Source: a virus. From it: a DNA stretch of 64,000 nt. Made by a program: the position numbers and the translations under genes. This document shows, piece after piece, positions 62,717 through 64,000 of this stretch. Within the stretch, counting starts at the first letter, position 1. The number at the start of each line of letters is the position of its first letter. The stretch spans positions 1,609-65,608 of the IMG/VR virus record IMGVR_UViG_3300037834_000041. One strand, written 5' to 3'. Under the pieces are notes generated by a model. That model had not been told where the DNA came from. It saw only the letters and a program-made list of their open reading frames with translations, and ran no database searches.

Positions 62717-63888
62717 GCCAGCCCAACAATTGCCCGGCCCCGAAGAAGCGATACCGGTTGACGCCGTTCGCGTTCGCGGCCGCTTGCCTCGGCCTGAGCC
62801 TGTCCGCGGTCGTCGCGGTCGTCTTCCTGTTGCTCCCGCCCGCGCCGGTGAAGGACGACGCCCCGCCGCCGGCCCCGGTCGCATCCGCCCCGGCCGCCGC
62901 GCCCGGCGAGGACGCCCACTACTTCGGCGGCTGGCTTGACATCCCGGAGGGCCGCGAGGAAGTCCGGACCGCGCTGCCGCCCGAGGAGCGTTGGTTCGGC
63001 GACACGCCGGCCGGCCGCGCCGTGATGGGCGACGATCAGGACGTGTTGTTGTCGGACGGGGTCAGGAAGTTCTTGGGCCAACACCTGCCGGCCCGCGATC
63101 AGGGTCGGGTCGGGTCGTGCGTGAGCTTTGGCAGCACAACGGCGATCGAATACCTCATCATCCTCCAAGCCCTTTCGCAGGGGCTGCCGCTGGACGCGCA
63201 CAAGGAACTCGTCCAGGAGGCCATGTACGGGTTGTCCCGCGTGGAGATCGGCGGCGGCCGGATCCGCGGGGACGGGAGCGTGACGGCGTGGGCCGGCGAA
63301 GCCGCCAAGCGATACGGCGTGCTGCCGAAAGGCGTGTACGGCCGTTTGGACCTGACCCGGTACGACGAGAACCGTTGCCGCGACTGGGGCCGGTCCGGGC
63401 TGCCGGATGAACTGGAACCGATCACCAAGCAGTCGCCGGTCAAGGGCATCTCGTTCGCCCGGAGCGCGGACGAGATGGCGAAGGCGATCCGCCAGGCGTA
63501 CCCGATCGCGATCGGCTCCCGCGTCGGCTTCGGCTCCCGCGGCCCTTGGACGCGCGACAAGGACGGCTTCCTTCGCGCGTCCGGGACGTGGGGGCACTGC
63601 ATGGCCGTAGTCGGCGTCATCGGCGGCCCGCGGCCCGGCTTCCTGTTCGTGAACTCGTGGGGCACGGACTGGGTCCGCGGCCCGACGGGGAAGTACGACA
63701 TGCCGCCGGGCAGCTTCTTCGTCGATTGGGCCACCGCGGACCGGATGGCCCGCGAGGGCGACTGCATCGTCTTCAGTGACGCCGTCGGGTTCCCGACCCG
63801 CAACCCCTGGTTCATCCTCAAAGACGTTCCCGCCCCGGCGCGTGGCCGGGGCCGGGACGTTGTCTTCGCCCCGGAGCTTGCGCCGTGA
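62713..63888 (+). CDS. Membrane-anchored papain-like cysteine peptidase (C1A)
   Basis: N-terminal TM; RDQGRVGSCVSF (Gln/Cys), WGHCMAVVG (His), FVNSWG (Asn). Confidence 0.85.
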   Translation: MSQPNNCPAPKKRYRLTPFAFAAACLGLSLSAVVAVVFLLLPPAPVKDDAPPPAPVASAPAAAPGEDAHYFGGWLDIPEGREEVRTALPPEERWFGDTPAGRAVMGDDQDVLLSDGVRKFLGQHLPARDQGRVGSCVSFGSTTAIEYLIILQALSQGLPLDAHKELVQEAMYGLSRVEIGGGRIRGDGSVTAWAGEAAKRYGVLPKGVYGRLDLTRYDENRCRDWGRSGLPDELEPITKQSPVKGISFARSADEMAKAIRQAYPIAIGSRVGFGSRGPWTRDKDGFLRASGTWGHCMAVVGVIGGPRPGFLFVNSWGTDWVRGPTGKYDMPPGSFFVDWATADRMAREGDCIVFSDAVGFPTRNPWFILKDVPAPARGRGRDVVFAPELAP

Positions 63889-64000
63889 AGAACGCGATTC
63901 CCGTTTCGGCCCTGTGCTGGGCCGCCATGCTGTTCGTCGCCCTCCTCGCCTTCGGCTGCGTGGCCGCCGCGTCCGACCCCGTGAAGGAGAAGGCCAAGAC
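63885..64000 (+). CDS. Secreted/membrane protein, truncated by the window edge
   Basis: GTGA coupling; MKNAIPVSALCWAAMLFVALLAFGC. Confidence 0.5.
   Translation, partial: MKNAIPVSALCWAAMLFVALLAFGCVAAASDPVKEKAK

Larger units (their letters stand above)
14313..64000. mobile_element. Siphovirus-type prophage (HK97/lambda-like); right end is outside the window
   Basis: att site, integrase, divergent switch, recombination and replication genes, HNH, TerS/TerL, portal, protease, capsid, tail and tape measure in canonical order. Confidence 0.95.

Overview
High-GC window, probably from a planctomycete (Gemmataceae-like). This is an inference from the Ser/Thr kinase-TPR protein with a DWG motif, a TIGR02996-like domain and planctomycete-type small proteins. 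The window has three parts. (1) 1 to ~10,400 is the end of an integrative/mobilisable element with two replication-relaxation-like genes, a VirD4/TraD-like ATPase and an excisionase-like HTH. (2) 10,779-13,931 is a Ser/Thr kinase-TPR gene. (3) 14,313 to >64,000 is a long-tailed (HK97/lambda-like) prophage bounded by a displaced 3' half of tRNA-Arg(UCG), with integrase, switch, early, replication, packaging, head and tail modules. The most striking feature lies in the phage early operon. A stand-alone 210-aa RAMP/Cas7-like gene (18,206-18,838) is flanked on both sides by non-coding arrays of 5-nt NN-GGY units (25 and 21 units), in which GGY is fixed and NN varies. This looks like an RNA-guided system with a non-contiguous code; from memory it matches the recently reported VIPR architecture, which I could not verify here. 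An Acb2/Tad1-like anti-defence gene and an initiator-like tRNA-Met follow it directly. The second highlight is a complete ISL3 element (36,452-38,929; IRs plus 8-bp TSD) carrying a QueF-like and a TGT/DpdA-like passenger gene. All family assignments come from motif recognition by eye; no database searches were run.
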